A stretch of DNA of 64,000 nucleotides from Proteromonas lacertae. Its lineage: Eukaryota. The first letter of the stretch is position 1. Every line of letters begins with the position of its first letter. Shown piece by piece: positions 1 through 13,425 of this stretch. The notes beneath the pieces were generated by a model. It was given only the letters and a program-made list of their open reading frames with translations, made no database searches and was not told the DNA's origin. The stretch is from assembly GCA_002245135.1 (NCBI GenBank), contig NGBS01000010.1:62001-126000 (forward strand). Direction: 5' to 3'. The position numbers and the translations under genes were made by a program.

Positions 1-2837
1 TCTCTATCTATCCACCATGTTAAGGATGATAATCTTTCAGTTAATGGAATATTTATTGCTTTATTCATTTCAGTGATGAAGTATTTGGTTAAATCGCATA
101 AGACTACTGATTCAGAATATCCATTCTCAGTTGTTCCACCAAATAACAATCTCTTAGTAAATTTTATATTTCGAATTTTGTAAAAATAATCAAAATGAGT
201 TGATAATTCCCATAATCCATAAATAGGTCCAATATTCAAATTCATTGGATTATTAATACTCAATGGTTCAGGTTTATGAGATAATTCAACTGGAAACATT
301 CTCTTTTCTTCAATCTCTTTCTCTATTGCTGTATCTTCAGTTAATGTATAACTATAATTCAACAATGATTCATAGAAATCTTCATCACTTTGATCAGCAT
401 TCTTTGGTTTTGATAATAAATATTGATAGAACTGAGATATACTATATTGTACTCTTCGATTCTATAATAATAATAAATTAATATAAATACTTTCTTTCTT
501 TCTAAATCAGATAATAAGTCAATTATATCATCACTATGATCTAATATATACTGTTGAGATATAGGAATTGGTCCTTTAGTAGAATGTTCCCAAATAGCAT
601 CACAAATAACAGCAAAAGTAGTCTTTTTAAAACTCAATATAAACTCTCTAGTAATTCTTTCGCTTAGTCTTAAACATTCAAATAATGACAATGAAGATTG
701 AAAGTATGTTTCATAATATGGAGCTGGTTTTAAATCTTGATATGGGCAAGATATCATATACCAAGCTTTATTTGATGAAACATAAATAGCTGGATTTAAA
801 TTACTTATAACAATATGCCAACCAGTAATTGGATAGATTTTTACACGAATCATTTCACGATCTGGAAGTTCATCTATTTCTACTCTTCTATCAATTTCAG
901 GTTGAGTATTTTCTTCTTCTTTTTCATTATGATTTGTTGGAGAATCTTGTGAATTAGATCCTGGTGTTGCAGAGGAAGATTTGCCTTTGATTATAACACG
1001 ATCATCATCATCTTCTTCTTCATAAGTTATTTTCTTTTCTTTCTTTATTCTGGCTGTCCATTCTTGTCTTATTAACAAAGCGACTTGTGTAACAAGTGAA
1101 TGTGGATCTTTCTTTCCTAATGATGCTATATATTTAGCAATTCCTGTATTTCTCATTCCTTTCTTACTCAGTGGTTTATCTCTTAATATTTCTAAATAAT
1201 ACAAAGTTTCATCTCTATTACCATTATCAATAGCATGTTGGATTTTCTCTCTATAAATAATATATAATTCATATATATATACTTCAATTCAATACATTCT
1301 TTTTCTAACTCTTCACCATCAAGCCATTTTCCTACAGACACTTCCTTCAATTTAACACATTGATCTTTTGATGTTGATCTTATATACCAATGTTTTATTT
1401 CTTCATTTGTATACATACTTCCATTACTTATTATTCCTTTCACTTTGTAAACTCCTGTGTCTGTTTCAATTAATCTCACTTTATGACCTGATAAATCACT
1501 TTCTAATTCTTTGGATGTACTTGCTCTTGTTCTTATTCTTCTCTTTCCCATTCCTTCATCATCACTATCATCTGAATCAATTCCATCATATTGAGGAATA
1601 TGAATTGAATTATCATTATTGATTATACTCAATGGAGGTGGTAAAGTAGTATATGTTGATGGTTTATAATATTTTATATAAACATCATTATTATCTCCTT
1701 CTTCTTCCATTAGCGTATCATTACTACCATCAAATTGTGGAGTATTAACTCTCTTTTACAAAAGAAATTAAGAAACATAAAAACACTTTTACATCAAATA
1801 AAAAAGATATTTCTCTAACAGACCTAAACACATACTTCTTACATTGTAATACACCAGGTAATGCTTCAATCAATGATGCAACTTGAGGATTCGCAAATCC
1901 ATACATCTCTGGTCCACTTATTGCTGTTCCTTTAGCTTCCATTCCTAATTCCATCTTCCTCTTCTTATACGCTAATAATATATCTTTCCATACACCTGAT
2001 GGTGTGGTTGATTCGAAGGGTGGATAGCCTTTTATTGCTGGACTTACTCTGAATATTGGAGCTTTACCACCATCTATAATTTCACAAATATATTCAATTT
2101 TTTCACTATAAATAATAATAATAATAACAATACGATGGATCTTGAACACTTCCATAAGTTCTACCTGATTTATATCCAACAGGATATATATGTTTATCAT
2201 TATGAAATGCATTTACTCTATCATCAGTTATCACTCTTCCTAAGCTGTATAACATCACAGGACCTACTCTTTTAGGCAGGGAAATACTGCTGTTTTCATT
2301 CTTTACAATTGATGAATATATCTAATAATTACAACATTATGATAAATTTATACTTTCTCTCTCTCATGCTCACTCACTTGGTGTAAAGTTCCCATACTTA
2401 CTCTTCTATTAGAATATGTTGAAGTTGATTCAACTTTTGAAATTGTTGATTTTACTGATATGTAATTCTGAGGTTTTGGCTTTATTTTGTATTGTTTTGG
2501 TAAAGGTTTTAATACTGATCCAAACAGAGTAACCTTTGAATTTGGGTTGATTGTGTTTAACTTGCCAATATCCTCTAACTTTATTGGCTTTCCGTTTGAA
2601 TCACACAAAATATATTGATCTATGTATCTAACAATATTATTATCAACCGATCTCCCTCCAATTTCGTTGTACTCCAACGGAATTGATGATTCATCCATTT
2701 CTACCTTAATATCAGGTTCTATTTCACCATAAATAGACTTAAATTTTTCTTTTTCACCTTTTAAAGGTGTAAATCTCTTTGCATACTATAAAATTACACA
2801 ACTAAGTAAATACATATTCAGCTACATTAATACTCAT
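1..2837 (-). CDS. Multi-exon chromatin-associated protein: RFTS-like N-half, FYRN/FYRC, TFIIS-N (LW)-like domain, RFTS-like C-half, possible DDT; 3' end runs off the window
   Basis: ORFs 2348-2698, 1745-2212, 1192-1710 and 359-1204 join through short introns from ATG at 2837 (MSINVAEY). Motifs: FHNDKHIYPVGYKS and SGPEMYGFANPQVASLIEALPG (FYR); LEILRDKPLSKKGMRNTGIAKYI...IRQEW (TFIIS-N-like); IDQYILCDSNGKP and IYPITGWHI...AWYMI...KPAPYY (RFTS-like). Confidence 0.7.
1753..1810 (-). other. Candidate U12-type AT-AG intron (58 nt)
   Basis: Minus strand reads GAA|ATATCTTTT...TTTCTTAAT...AAAAG|AGA, which restores the frame. A 40-nt GT-AG alternative using the same acceptor is also in frame. Confidence 0.5.
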
Positions 2838-3022
2838 TACAACTTGATTTAGTTTATATATCTAAGTAAAATATACTATAATGTTTAAGCACCTATTATG
2901 ATTATATAATTCTTTTGAAAAACAGATAAAAATTTAGTTTAAAAAAGGCAACAACAGTATCAGAATAAGAAAATTAAAAAAATTAACACAATAAGGAGTT
3001 ATAGAGAAAAATAGAGTAAGAT

Positions 3023-3247
3023 TTAATCACTTTCCAACGAAAGAGTTCGTAATAGAAAATAAGCTTGTATAAGTAATATATAATAGTATACAGATTAAAA
3101 CTGCAACAACAATGCAAATAATGACCAACAGTATAAGGAGATAGAGCAAAAAATAGACAAAAAACAATCAAGTTTTTGCTCGACAGGAAATGTTTTTGAC
3201 TTTTACTGCAACAACTACTCCATTATACCAGCCCAAAATGTAGCCAT
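3023..3247 (-). pseudogene. Small hydrophobic membrane-protein-like ORF with an in-frame TGA
   Basis: MATFWAGIMGVVVAVKVKNISCRAKT*LFFVYFLLYLLILLVIICIVVAVLI...; TGA at 3168-3170; possible 28-nt GT-AG intron near the 3' end. Confidence 0.35.
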
Positions 3248-3329
3248 TGATTTATAATGAAATAGTATTATATATAGTAATATAAAAGTTAAGGTAAATA
3301 TATTAATAAATTAAATATAGACAATGTTG

Positions 3330-4780
3330 TTACTTTGGTAATATGAAAGATCCGCTTTGCTTTATATAAGAACCATCTTGTCTGAATGAACCAGTATGAC
3401 CTTGTCCTAGACCTCCTAATGAGCCAATACTAGAAGTAGACCTTGCTAGCGTATCTGGTGTTGGTCTAGCATAATTCATACTTCCTTGAGGATATTCACC
3501 CACTTTAGGTAGATTGACAGCACCAATTAAACCACCAGTCGCTAAAGCTCCACTATCATCTATATTATAAACTAATCCAAGTGGATTCTTTTGAACATTA
3601 TCAATATCAAATGCATGAGCCAAATTCTCTTTCTTTGGAGGATTGTAAGAAGTCTTACGATCTAATTAAAATAGATACATATATAATAAATACGTGTACA
3701 GTAATAAGTGCAATATAATAACAATGGAATCAATATAAACAATATACCACCAGCTATAGTTAAACCTAATCCAACATAATACTTCGTTTTTTCATTTTTA
3801 CCAAAACATTGATTATTCATTTCATTTCCACCTGTACATCCTTCAGTAATATCATCACAATATATAAATGGATCATCATAACGACGAACTATTACTGTAA
3901 CTTTATCAATTGGTACAATACTTGATTTTCTATACACTGGATCAAAATTACCATTGTTATATCTACATCCACCTTTATTCTCATATCCATTTGTATAACG
4001 ATAAGATCTAAATAAATAATTTAAGATATATATATATATATATATAATCATACGGATTTTTAATTCCATCAAAATCATAAAAACCAAAAGAATAATCATA
4101 TTTTACCCTTATACATATTTCTTTTATATAATATTTCACTTCACATAATTCATTCTCTTTTATCCAATTTCCTTCTTTTTCTTTACATTTTTCACTACAT
4201 ATAGTGTCACTATTGTATTATTATTATTATTATTATATACTTATATGAATCACATCCGATTTCATTTCTGCTTAATAACACCAATGATGGATTTCTTTCT
4301 TGAGAAACATGATAGAGTGTATTATCTGTACTATTGTATATAAATACTGCATCTATATAGCCATTTGTAGGAATGTTCAACACGTTTTGATAATATATTG
4401 GAGTATATTCTTGAAATGCATCATCTGCTTCTAGTTTTATATCCCGATAGGGATAATTAAATCCTTCACCTCTTTCTTCTTCTTCTAGTGACATATAGAG
4501 AGATTTTAAATCAGATGCATGAACGGAAACAGAAAAATTGATATTAGGGTCTAAAAAAGCATCTCTTGAATTATTAAATGCTAAAGCTATTTTATTGTAA
4601 CTATTGTATTATTATATTTTATATGCATTGTATATACTCTCTTATCTTAGATCTACGTTCAAATGGAGTTTCTGTAGCTAGGAACATTATACCAACAACT
4701 AAAGGAGCAATTGCGAATATTAAGTATATAATTGAGAATGTTACACATAGAATTTGAGACACTGAACTTTCAGTAGACAT
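3330..4780 (-). CDS. Hypothetical membrane protein (two TM segments around a Cys-containing luminal region)
   Basis: ATG at 4780 (MSTESSVSQILCVTFSIIYLIFAIAPLVVGIMFL). ORFs 4210-4494, 3662-4099 and 3330-3623 join through short GT-AG introns. Second TM: YYVGLGLTIAGGILFILIPLLLY. Confidence 0.65.
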
Positions 4781-5128
4781 AAAAAGCTAAAAATAAATAT
4801 TGAAAAACTTGGCTTGATAAAAATAAATCCGTTATAACTATTTTCATTGAAATGTAATGCTTTATGTTATGATAAACACAATTAATATATCACCAACATT
4901 AATATAACTACAAAAGCAATTAATTATTTATCATTTAGGAAATACTTTTGAAAATCTTTAGAGTTTAAAATTTTCATTTGTTTTATTTCAGCTACAAATC
5001 ATTTTTTCATTTTCATTTAAATGACAATTATTTTATATCAATCACAATAAAAAACACAAACAAGAATATTTCAATTCAATTTTCTGATTTATAATAATAA
5101 TAATAATAAATAGAAACTATTTTAAAAA

Positions 5129-8100
5129 TCAACTTCGAGGAATTGAACGACCTCCAGATGGGTTTTGACAGCTACGAGCTACACTGTCAAATAGTTTTTG
5201 AATATCAGGAGTTCGACGAGTAAATTCATGATTCCAAAATTCATACTTTGAATTTTGAAGCAATTCATAAAACGTTATTAATAAACCCCAAGGATGAGGT
5301 CGATGAACGATTAATCTTTCTATTAATACTCGAGTTATCTGTTCTCGAATTACTTCAGTCTTACTATTCTCATAGAATAAGTATAAAATTACACTACTAA
5401 AATAATGAGTATAACTGTTAGGATATCTTAATTGATTAGCCAATGAATTGAAAAATATAAATCTACCTTCACAATCTAAATTTTTAGCCATATACAAGAA
5501 AATATTCATCACTGTGGCATCTTTTGTTCCACTATTATCGATACTTCTACACATTAAATTTATTCCTTGAATTCCAAGATATAATGATAAAGAGTTGATT
5601 AAACAGATATTGTAATTACTTTCATTATTATTATTGTTGTTATTATTATTATTATCACTCAATTTTAATTTGGATATTAAAACTGACAGAAATTCATTAT
5701 TAATTGTATTTGTACTTATATAAGCATCAATATCAGCTTTTATATTATATTTTATTAAGGTATTACAGATATCACTCTTTATTGTCGGACATTGAGTTAT
5801 ACCAGGTAATGTTTCAATTCGTAAATGAGGAGTAAATGGATCAGGTAATTGCATACTCTTGGGAAATGCACTTAAAATTATATTTCTTAATTGAACACAT
5901 CTTAATGGAATATTATCACATAAACTAAAATGATAAGCACCTAAGAATTCAGGATAATCGATGTAATAATATTAGCAATACTCTCAATGTACCTTTATAT
6001 AATAATTTCAAACTATCATTTAACTCAGTGATAAAATAAGGGTAAAAGAATGACAATAATGATAACATTAACTGTTCCATATATGGCCATAACTGTTCAT
6101 TTGGATAACTTAATAGTTTGGGTAAGAAGAATCGATGTGATATTAATTGTAACCAACTAAATGCAAATGTAGGAACTCTTTTAGGTTGAATGGTGAATAA
6201 AACAATTACTTAATATACTTAAGAAATCATATAATTCATTGATAGGATAATTCACTAAAACTAATCAATTCATTTAATAAATCAACGAATAGTCTAAAGT
6301 ATATATTCTGATACCATTCTTCACTTTCATTGTTCTCCATGTAATAATCATGACTATATAATAAATGATTAGTAATTCCTCTTATTACACTCTTTAAGAA
6401 TATTTTATTATTCATATCATATTGGAAATAGAGACTTATAAATTTAGCTAAACCATCAACACTACTGTAATTTTCACTTCCTTTTACACGCTTATATTTA
6501 TCTAATTTATATATATCAATTACTTCATCCATTAATAAACTGAATAATATTTCTATTTCATTCTCATTCTTATTTCCTATTTCATTCTTTATTTCTTCCA
6601 AGTTTGGTTCATATAACTCATTAATACATCTAATCCACATGTTTAACAAGTGACTTACATATATTCTATCTTCATAACTACCTTCAATATATCTTTTAGT
6701 CTTCTTTCTAAAGTCCACACGATGTTTTAAGAAGTCATAAATATGTTCATTTGATTCACTATCTCCTGCTCTTAAACATAATGGTATTTGTGATAATATC
6801 TTTTCCATTTCTTCTTTCTCTTTATCATTGTTATTATTATTTTCATCATTATCTTGTTGTTGTTGCTGCTGTTGTTGTTGTAATGACGACTGTAAATTTG
6901 TTTTTTGTATTAATTGATCTACTTTTGGTGATGCTCTTAGATAGGCAGTTCTTTCAATATATTGTATTCCTAAATCAATATTATCGTTAGTAATCTCTTC
7001 ACATAACTTATTCAATTCATCTTTATTCAATCCACACACTGTTGATAATTGGTTTATTAATTTATCCATCATTTTATTATGTAATTCTTCTCTTGAGCTG
7101 ATTAAGGATAAACTAGATGCTAAACTACCACCTAATACTCTTCCTGGATATACTAATTTCTTCAAATCTTTTTCACCATTAAAATCTTTGAAATAATAAT
7201 TGTTGACATGTCTTTATAGCGATGCTAACAGTTCTAGTTACTACTGGTGATGTTACTTCTCTGAATGCACTATCAATTGCACTGTATACATACTGTAATA
7301 ATGATGGTTGTTCAGTAAAGAGTGTTAATGATTTATTAATAGTGATATATTTCTCCAAGTGTGGTATTTGTGTCATTGATTCGTTTAATCTTCCATTTGG
7401 ATTGTTAATACTATTAGCAGTATTACTCATTATTCTTGTTGGAATTGGTTGATTCATTCCCATTGATAATATATTATTAGTATTAGCAGCTGGATTCATT
7501 ATTCCACCACCTGGATATTGCATATTCATCATATTCATATTAATACCATTACCAACCACTTGAGGATTAATCTGTGGTTGTTGTTGTTGTTGTTGTGCTA
7601 AATTCAATTGAGCTTGTTGAGCTTGTGCTTGTTGTCCATCATCTGTGAAGTCTTCATTGTTATTAATTGTTGGTGGTTTTCTAGTTCTTAATAAATCAGA
7701 TGGTTGTATTGAATTACCTGTCTTAATATGATAATCTAATAATAATTCAATTTGATATTGCAAACCACTCTTCAAACCTCTCAAGTTTTTAATCTCTAAT
7801 AATATACTAAATAATGATTTTATCCAGTAATTATTCACATTAAATATCTTTGATTCAGCACATCCTTTTAATAAAGTACATACGAATGCTAATACTACAT
7901 ACAATTTACCATTCTCATAGCCAACTAGTAACAATTCTTTCAGGTTAATATCACGATATAATACTGGTTTATTACGTTGTATTGTATTGATACTAATCCA
8001 TTCAGCGAAGCTTCTAATCATTGTTCTTTCATTAGATTCTTGTATTGCTGATGATGTCAATAAATCGCATAATACTTGTAGACTTCTTGTATGTACAATA

Positions 8101-9704
8101 TCCTTTAACTTTGGTATATTTAATTCTTCTAATAGCTGTAAATAAACTGGTAAGAACAGTATATCTAGTGTAGCTATTCTCTTCAATACAATATAATCTG
8201 CAAACCATGGGATATATTCCTCAGTAATCAATGTTTTAATAGTTGCAGCTGTTTCCTTCATATTACCCATAGCTAGATTATTGACTTTGAATGCAATATT
8301 ATCTTTGATATTGTTAGGAGGATTCACAATAGGTAATGGTTCTACATACCTTATACATCTCTTAAAGATTGAATTATTATTATTATTATTATTATTTCCA
8401 TCATTTACTACTACTTGGGGTTGTTGTTGTTGTTGTTGTGATGGTGGTATTGCTGCTACAGGTACTACAGGTTGTGGTACAATTGGTTGTGCTAATAATG
8501 GTGATGGTTGTAATAATGCATTATTATTATTATTATTATTAGGAATCATTGATGGCATTCTTGATGGTATATTCAATGAAGGAGGTATTGGAATAGGAAT
8601 AGGAATAGATATCTTCTCATCAAATATCTGAGGAGAATATGATCGAATAAATGGGTTAGTAATCAATACTTGATAGTATAATGGATTTGATAATATTCTA
8701 ACTTTAGCTTTGTTCACTACTTCAATTGCAAATTTAATCATTCTTTCATTGGATGTTGCAGATAACCATTGTTTTATACTACGAAATGCTTCTTCTAGTC
8801 TTACATCATCTACTAGATTATTGGCTATTAATTGACCTAATAAATCAGCAGTAATATTCAACTCTTTATCTGGATATTCTTGAAAGAAATTGAACTCTAA
8901 AAATAGATTATTAACCATATAATTGATAGTCTCTTTTTGTAATGGATAATTGGAGTTTTGATATGATTTCAACATGATTATTACTTCCTCAATTGTTTTC
9001 TCATGATTGTATATTGATTGGAATATTGCATTTGCATTATCAGGAATGCATTTAGTACATTCTAATATATTACTGTAACTATTACCAATTACTTCTTTAT
9101 ATTGACTTATATAGTTTAATATTAAATCAGTACCTTCAGGTTTGTTATTAATATTCGACAAATTGATCTGTGTTGATAGATATATACTGAAATATTGTGC
9201 TAATATATGATTAATCTTTATATCATTCAATCCATTTATATAAATAATTATTTCACTAATATTCAATGGTTTAGTTGGATCTTGTATTGGAGGTGTATTT
9301 AGGAAATAGCTACTTAATGATTGGAATATCAAATGTCTTTTACATTCACTATCTCCACCTTCACTACATAATATCAATAGGAATAAAGCAGTTGGACAGG
9401 TTGTTAATGGTATTGATAGTGTTAATAATACTTGTGGGTAATATTTCGTTTCACAAAAATATAGAAATGTATCCATTAAATCTATACTACTCCATGTACC
9501 ATAATCTATTGCTGTATTTAGATGTTTGGATGTTTTCTTGAAAAGAAACCATTTCACTTGGAGCTTTTACTATCTCATTCAATATCTTGAACTGTGTATC
9601 TGGATTGTTCCATTTACCACATAGTACATGTCCTGGGAATTGTAGTTTACTGGATTCTATTACTGTGTTGACTAAGAATTGAACTCCTGCTAGTGTAATA
9701 TCAC

Positions 9705-9749
<45 letters not shown>

Positions 9750-10943
9750 TACCTGTAGCTATATCTGATTTATTATGGATGGGTTTATCCAAGTATTTAA
9801 TGATATTTTCCCAATTAGACTGTGGATAATCTTCAACTATTAACTGAGATACTACTTGTGAATTCCATGTGGTTAATCTTGGAACTGATTCCATTGATTT
9901 CTCATTGGGAATAGATGGGATTGATTTATCAGGGAAATATGAATCATATAGACTGCCTACACTCAGATTTACACCATCTCTGTCAGTATCTAACCCATTA
10001 AGACTAGTCATCATCATGAGCAGTATATCACTGATTATTTCTTCGTTTAATTTCACCTCTAGACGATTAAGAATGGATCGGAAGTATTCTACTGAACTTG
10101 TTGCGAAATATCCCACATCTCTGATCATTTGTGCTACAGGGAGTGGTGGTAAGTTTGATTGTATTTTGTATGTTCTATATAGATGATAATTATTACAAAT
10201 ATATACTCAGAATATTCTATAGGTGAATCATTATTGTCATCATTGAAAATAGAGAATCTGAAATCAGGAATTGACTGATTCTTTGTGAAGAGTGGTATTA
10301 AATGTTGCATTTCATGATAATCCTATATGAAAAATCAAAAATATATGAGAATACGGGATTATCTTGTACTAAGTATAGTAATTTCAATATAGTATCAGGT
10401 TGTAGAGATATAACAATTCCTGGTGTAAGTGAATTTAAACGTGGCTTTAAGTAAATCTCTCCTTCTTTTCTGATTTTTTCATCATTACTGTCAATAAATG
10501 CAAAACTGAATGATATCTGTTGTGGGAGTTGTAATTGTAATATTTTGCTGATGGCATTAAGAAATACTTCTGTATAACCAACAAATGTATCTGATATCCT
10601 CATTTTCAGTAGTTTGATGCTCTATAAAGGAGTATAAAAATCAATACATACTTCACAAAATATATATGAGAAATTTTCTTTAGTACAGAGCAAATTAATC
10701 TGACTAGTCAATAACTGTACCACAGGAGAGCTACTTTGCAGTGTATTGCGATTTATGCTAATATCTTCTAGCAGACATGACAATAGATATATTCTAGCTT
10801 CTGGCCCTGTCAACTCGACAATCTACAGTAGAGTGATATATAAATACTTGATTAAGCTCTGATACAATAGCTTTTGTGTTCTTCTTGTTCAACGAAGAAA
10901 TTAATTGCTTAATTTCCAAGAACAAGGAAGTTAAAAAAACCAT
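5129..10943 (-). CDS. CNOT1: CCR4-NOT scaffold subunit 1 (five apparent +1 frameshifts)
   Basis: N-terminus ...LNKKNTK...GPEARIYLLSCL; FFQEYPDKELNITADLLG; IAFKVNNL; PWFADYIVLKR; C-terminal QLRNIILSAFP, ANQLRYPNSYTHYFS, EQITRVLIERLIVHRPHPWGLLITF. Confidence 0.95.
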
Positions 10944-11032
10944 TTAAATTTAATCCTTAAAATGCAAGCTTGATTTGAGGTAAAAGTTTGAAGTAGAAAT
11001 TATACCTCTTCCGTTGTTTTTTTTCAAAAATT

Positions 11033-12748
11033 ATGTGTATTTTTATTTTAGCAGTATTCATATATTGCTTTGTGACTGTTCGTGGGATTTCTATGCAAAT
11101 TAATTCACACACGACCGGTCATAATTTAGATTTTTCCATTCACAATGATCCAAATGCACCTAAAATATTACTCACACCATTGCCATATCCTAAGCATGCA
11201 AGTATGATAATCTCCATTTCTACTCTATTTCAATAGTTCCGTTGTTGAGGTTAGTGCAGGATATACATCAATTGAATTATTCAATTGAACTTTGGTCGTC
11301 TGATAATGTTCATTTTTTAGCAATTGAATCATTAATCCCTGTATAAATTTATATATAATATAAATACTAATATTAATATAGTACGTATCATTGGCATTTA
11401 GATTACGTTCTGACGATGAAGAAAATGCATTAAGAGAGAATTTAAAGAGGAATAGAGATGATAATGGATTAATCAATTATGACGATTATTTTCATGAATA
11501 TTTCCTCTCCTATATGCCAATAATGTACAAAGAGATACTTGCAAGGTTAAATACAACTAGACCTTATGCCGCAGTAGTAGATTATAGGAATATTGGTGCA
11601 ATATTTGCATTTAGAACATTGAAAATACCAATGATTGTATTATTTTCACAAAATGTAGATTTACTGGAAAATCGATATTATTATATGTATAATAATAATG
11701 AAAATACAGAGATCAGTCGTACTATGATGGTATGGAATAGTTTAACTAACTTCATGATGAGTGTTAGTTCATGTTTTCATGGTGATAAAATATTGGGTAA
11801 AATCCAGACATTTGCAGCTAAGAATAAACTGAATGAAATAAGAAATTGGAAAGATATTTATAAAGATTGTTTGTTTATCTATTATGGTGTATCAACACTA
11901 ATTGAGTATTATTTATTCATTTATTATATATATATTGTTATAGTGAATTAGACATGAATTACAATCGTTTTTACATAACATCTTTCACATCAAAACCATT
12001 GACAAATTCATTACCAAAAGAGTTGATATTGTGGTTGAATAAAGATCCATCTTTACCTGTATTGTTGATTAGTTTAGATTTGAGATTTGTTGAATCTGAG
12101 TTATTACAAGTGATTGTTAATTATTATAGTGATAAATATAGAATCATTTTTCTGCCATATCCAGTATATATATATATATATTTATTTATTATTATAGAAA
12201 CAATCATTTTCACTCTCCAAACGACATTTTACCTTGGATGTAGCAATCGTATATCGTCCATTATTATATTCTCAAAATAATATTGGAAGGATTATTCATC
12301 ATTGTGAAGAATATGATTTAAGTGAAATTATATTCAACAGAATGAAATCAATCTGTATTCCAATTGTGACAAATCAATATATATTATGTAAAAAGTTAAA
12401 ACCATATAAAATATGTGAAACATTGTTATTAAATAACATCAATAATGAATCGTTGAGTAAATATGATAGTTTTTTGGATAGCAAGTATAGAAACAATTTG
12501 AAAATGATGATGGCTGAATCAAAATTGAGAGTATCTTTATTTTTATTTATTTATTTTTTGATAATTTTAAATAGAATGTATCAATTGTGAAGAATATTAT
12601 TACAGAATTAATCACAACTGAGACTATAAGTTATGATAATGAGATGATTATATTGCCAAACTTTATTTCATTAATGTTACTTATTATTATCCCAATTGTA
12701 ATCACAGTTAGAAGTATAATTCTATATTGTACTATTAAAAATGGATAA
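11033..12748 (+). CDS. Divergent UDP-glycosyltransferase (GT1-like) with signal peptide and C-terminal TM
   Basis: Spliced N-terminal KILLTPLPYPKHAIPLLRLV resembles the GT1 His motif; RIIHHCEEYDLSEIIFNRMKSICIPIVTNQ resembles a degenerate UGT signature; hydrophobic C-terminus. Confidence 0.6.
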
Positions 12749-12917
12749 TTAAGTAGAAGATAAAATGTAAATCGTTTATTGTATTAACTTGTGTTGGTTA
12801 ACTTTGTATAAACCATAAAAAACCATTTTATAAAATAAATCAGTTTCATTTAGGGGAATTAAACCAAAATTTTGAAATATCTTAAATTTTTGTTTTTCTT
12901 TTTTTAATATTTAGATA

Positions 12918-13249
12918 ATGTCAGCAGGTGTATTAAAATGCTTCATAATTTTACTTTTAGGAATCTGATTCTGCTCGTGAGGAATTCAATAAGTATTTAG
13001 AAAGCAGTGGTGTTAATGACGTAATAACAAAGTTGATAGTACTTTTACATGATGAATACTTTCATGCAATCCAAGAAAAGCAACCAGTGCCAAATGGAGT
13101 GGAGTATATTATGTTTAATATTTTCTAATATTAGATATATAAAGAAGTGTTTAGGCGTTCCAACAACAGGGAATATAGAAGCACTAAAAGCAAAATTAGA
13201 AGAACTCGAACAAAGAAAAGCGGAATTATTAGCTAAACAACCTCATTAA
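12918..13249 (+). CDS. MYCBP: c-Myc-binding protein (AMY-1/FAP174-like)
   Basis: Spliced product: MSAGESDSAREEFNKYLESSGVNDVITKLIVLLHDE...YIKKCLG...IEALKAKLEELEQR; two introns. Confidence 0.8.
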
Positions 13250-13408
13250 GATTAATTATTTGATAATTTTATTTTATAGATTGATTTAATGTTGGATAAT
13301 GATATAAAACATATATGTAATGTATATATATATCATATATTGTGCTTATTGATTATTTCAATAATCAGGTTAATGAAAAAAGTTCTGTCAAAAAAATTCA
13401 CAATTTTG

Positions 13409-13414
13409 AAACGA
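13409..13414. promoter_or_regulatory. Representative AAACGA/TCGTTT upstream motif, often near TTTGAA
   Basis: The hexamer recurs shortly upstream of many start codons (see finding); function is inferred. Confidence 0.45.
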
Positions 13415-13425
13415 CTTATTTTTAA

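Noticed and set aside
11221..11240. Another TTT-C frameshift in the UGT-like gene
   Set aside because: It lies inside a 35-nt GT-AG intron whose removal restores KHAIPLLRL.
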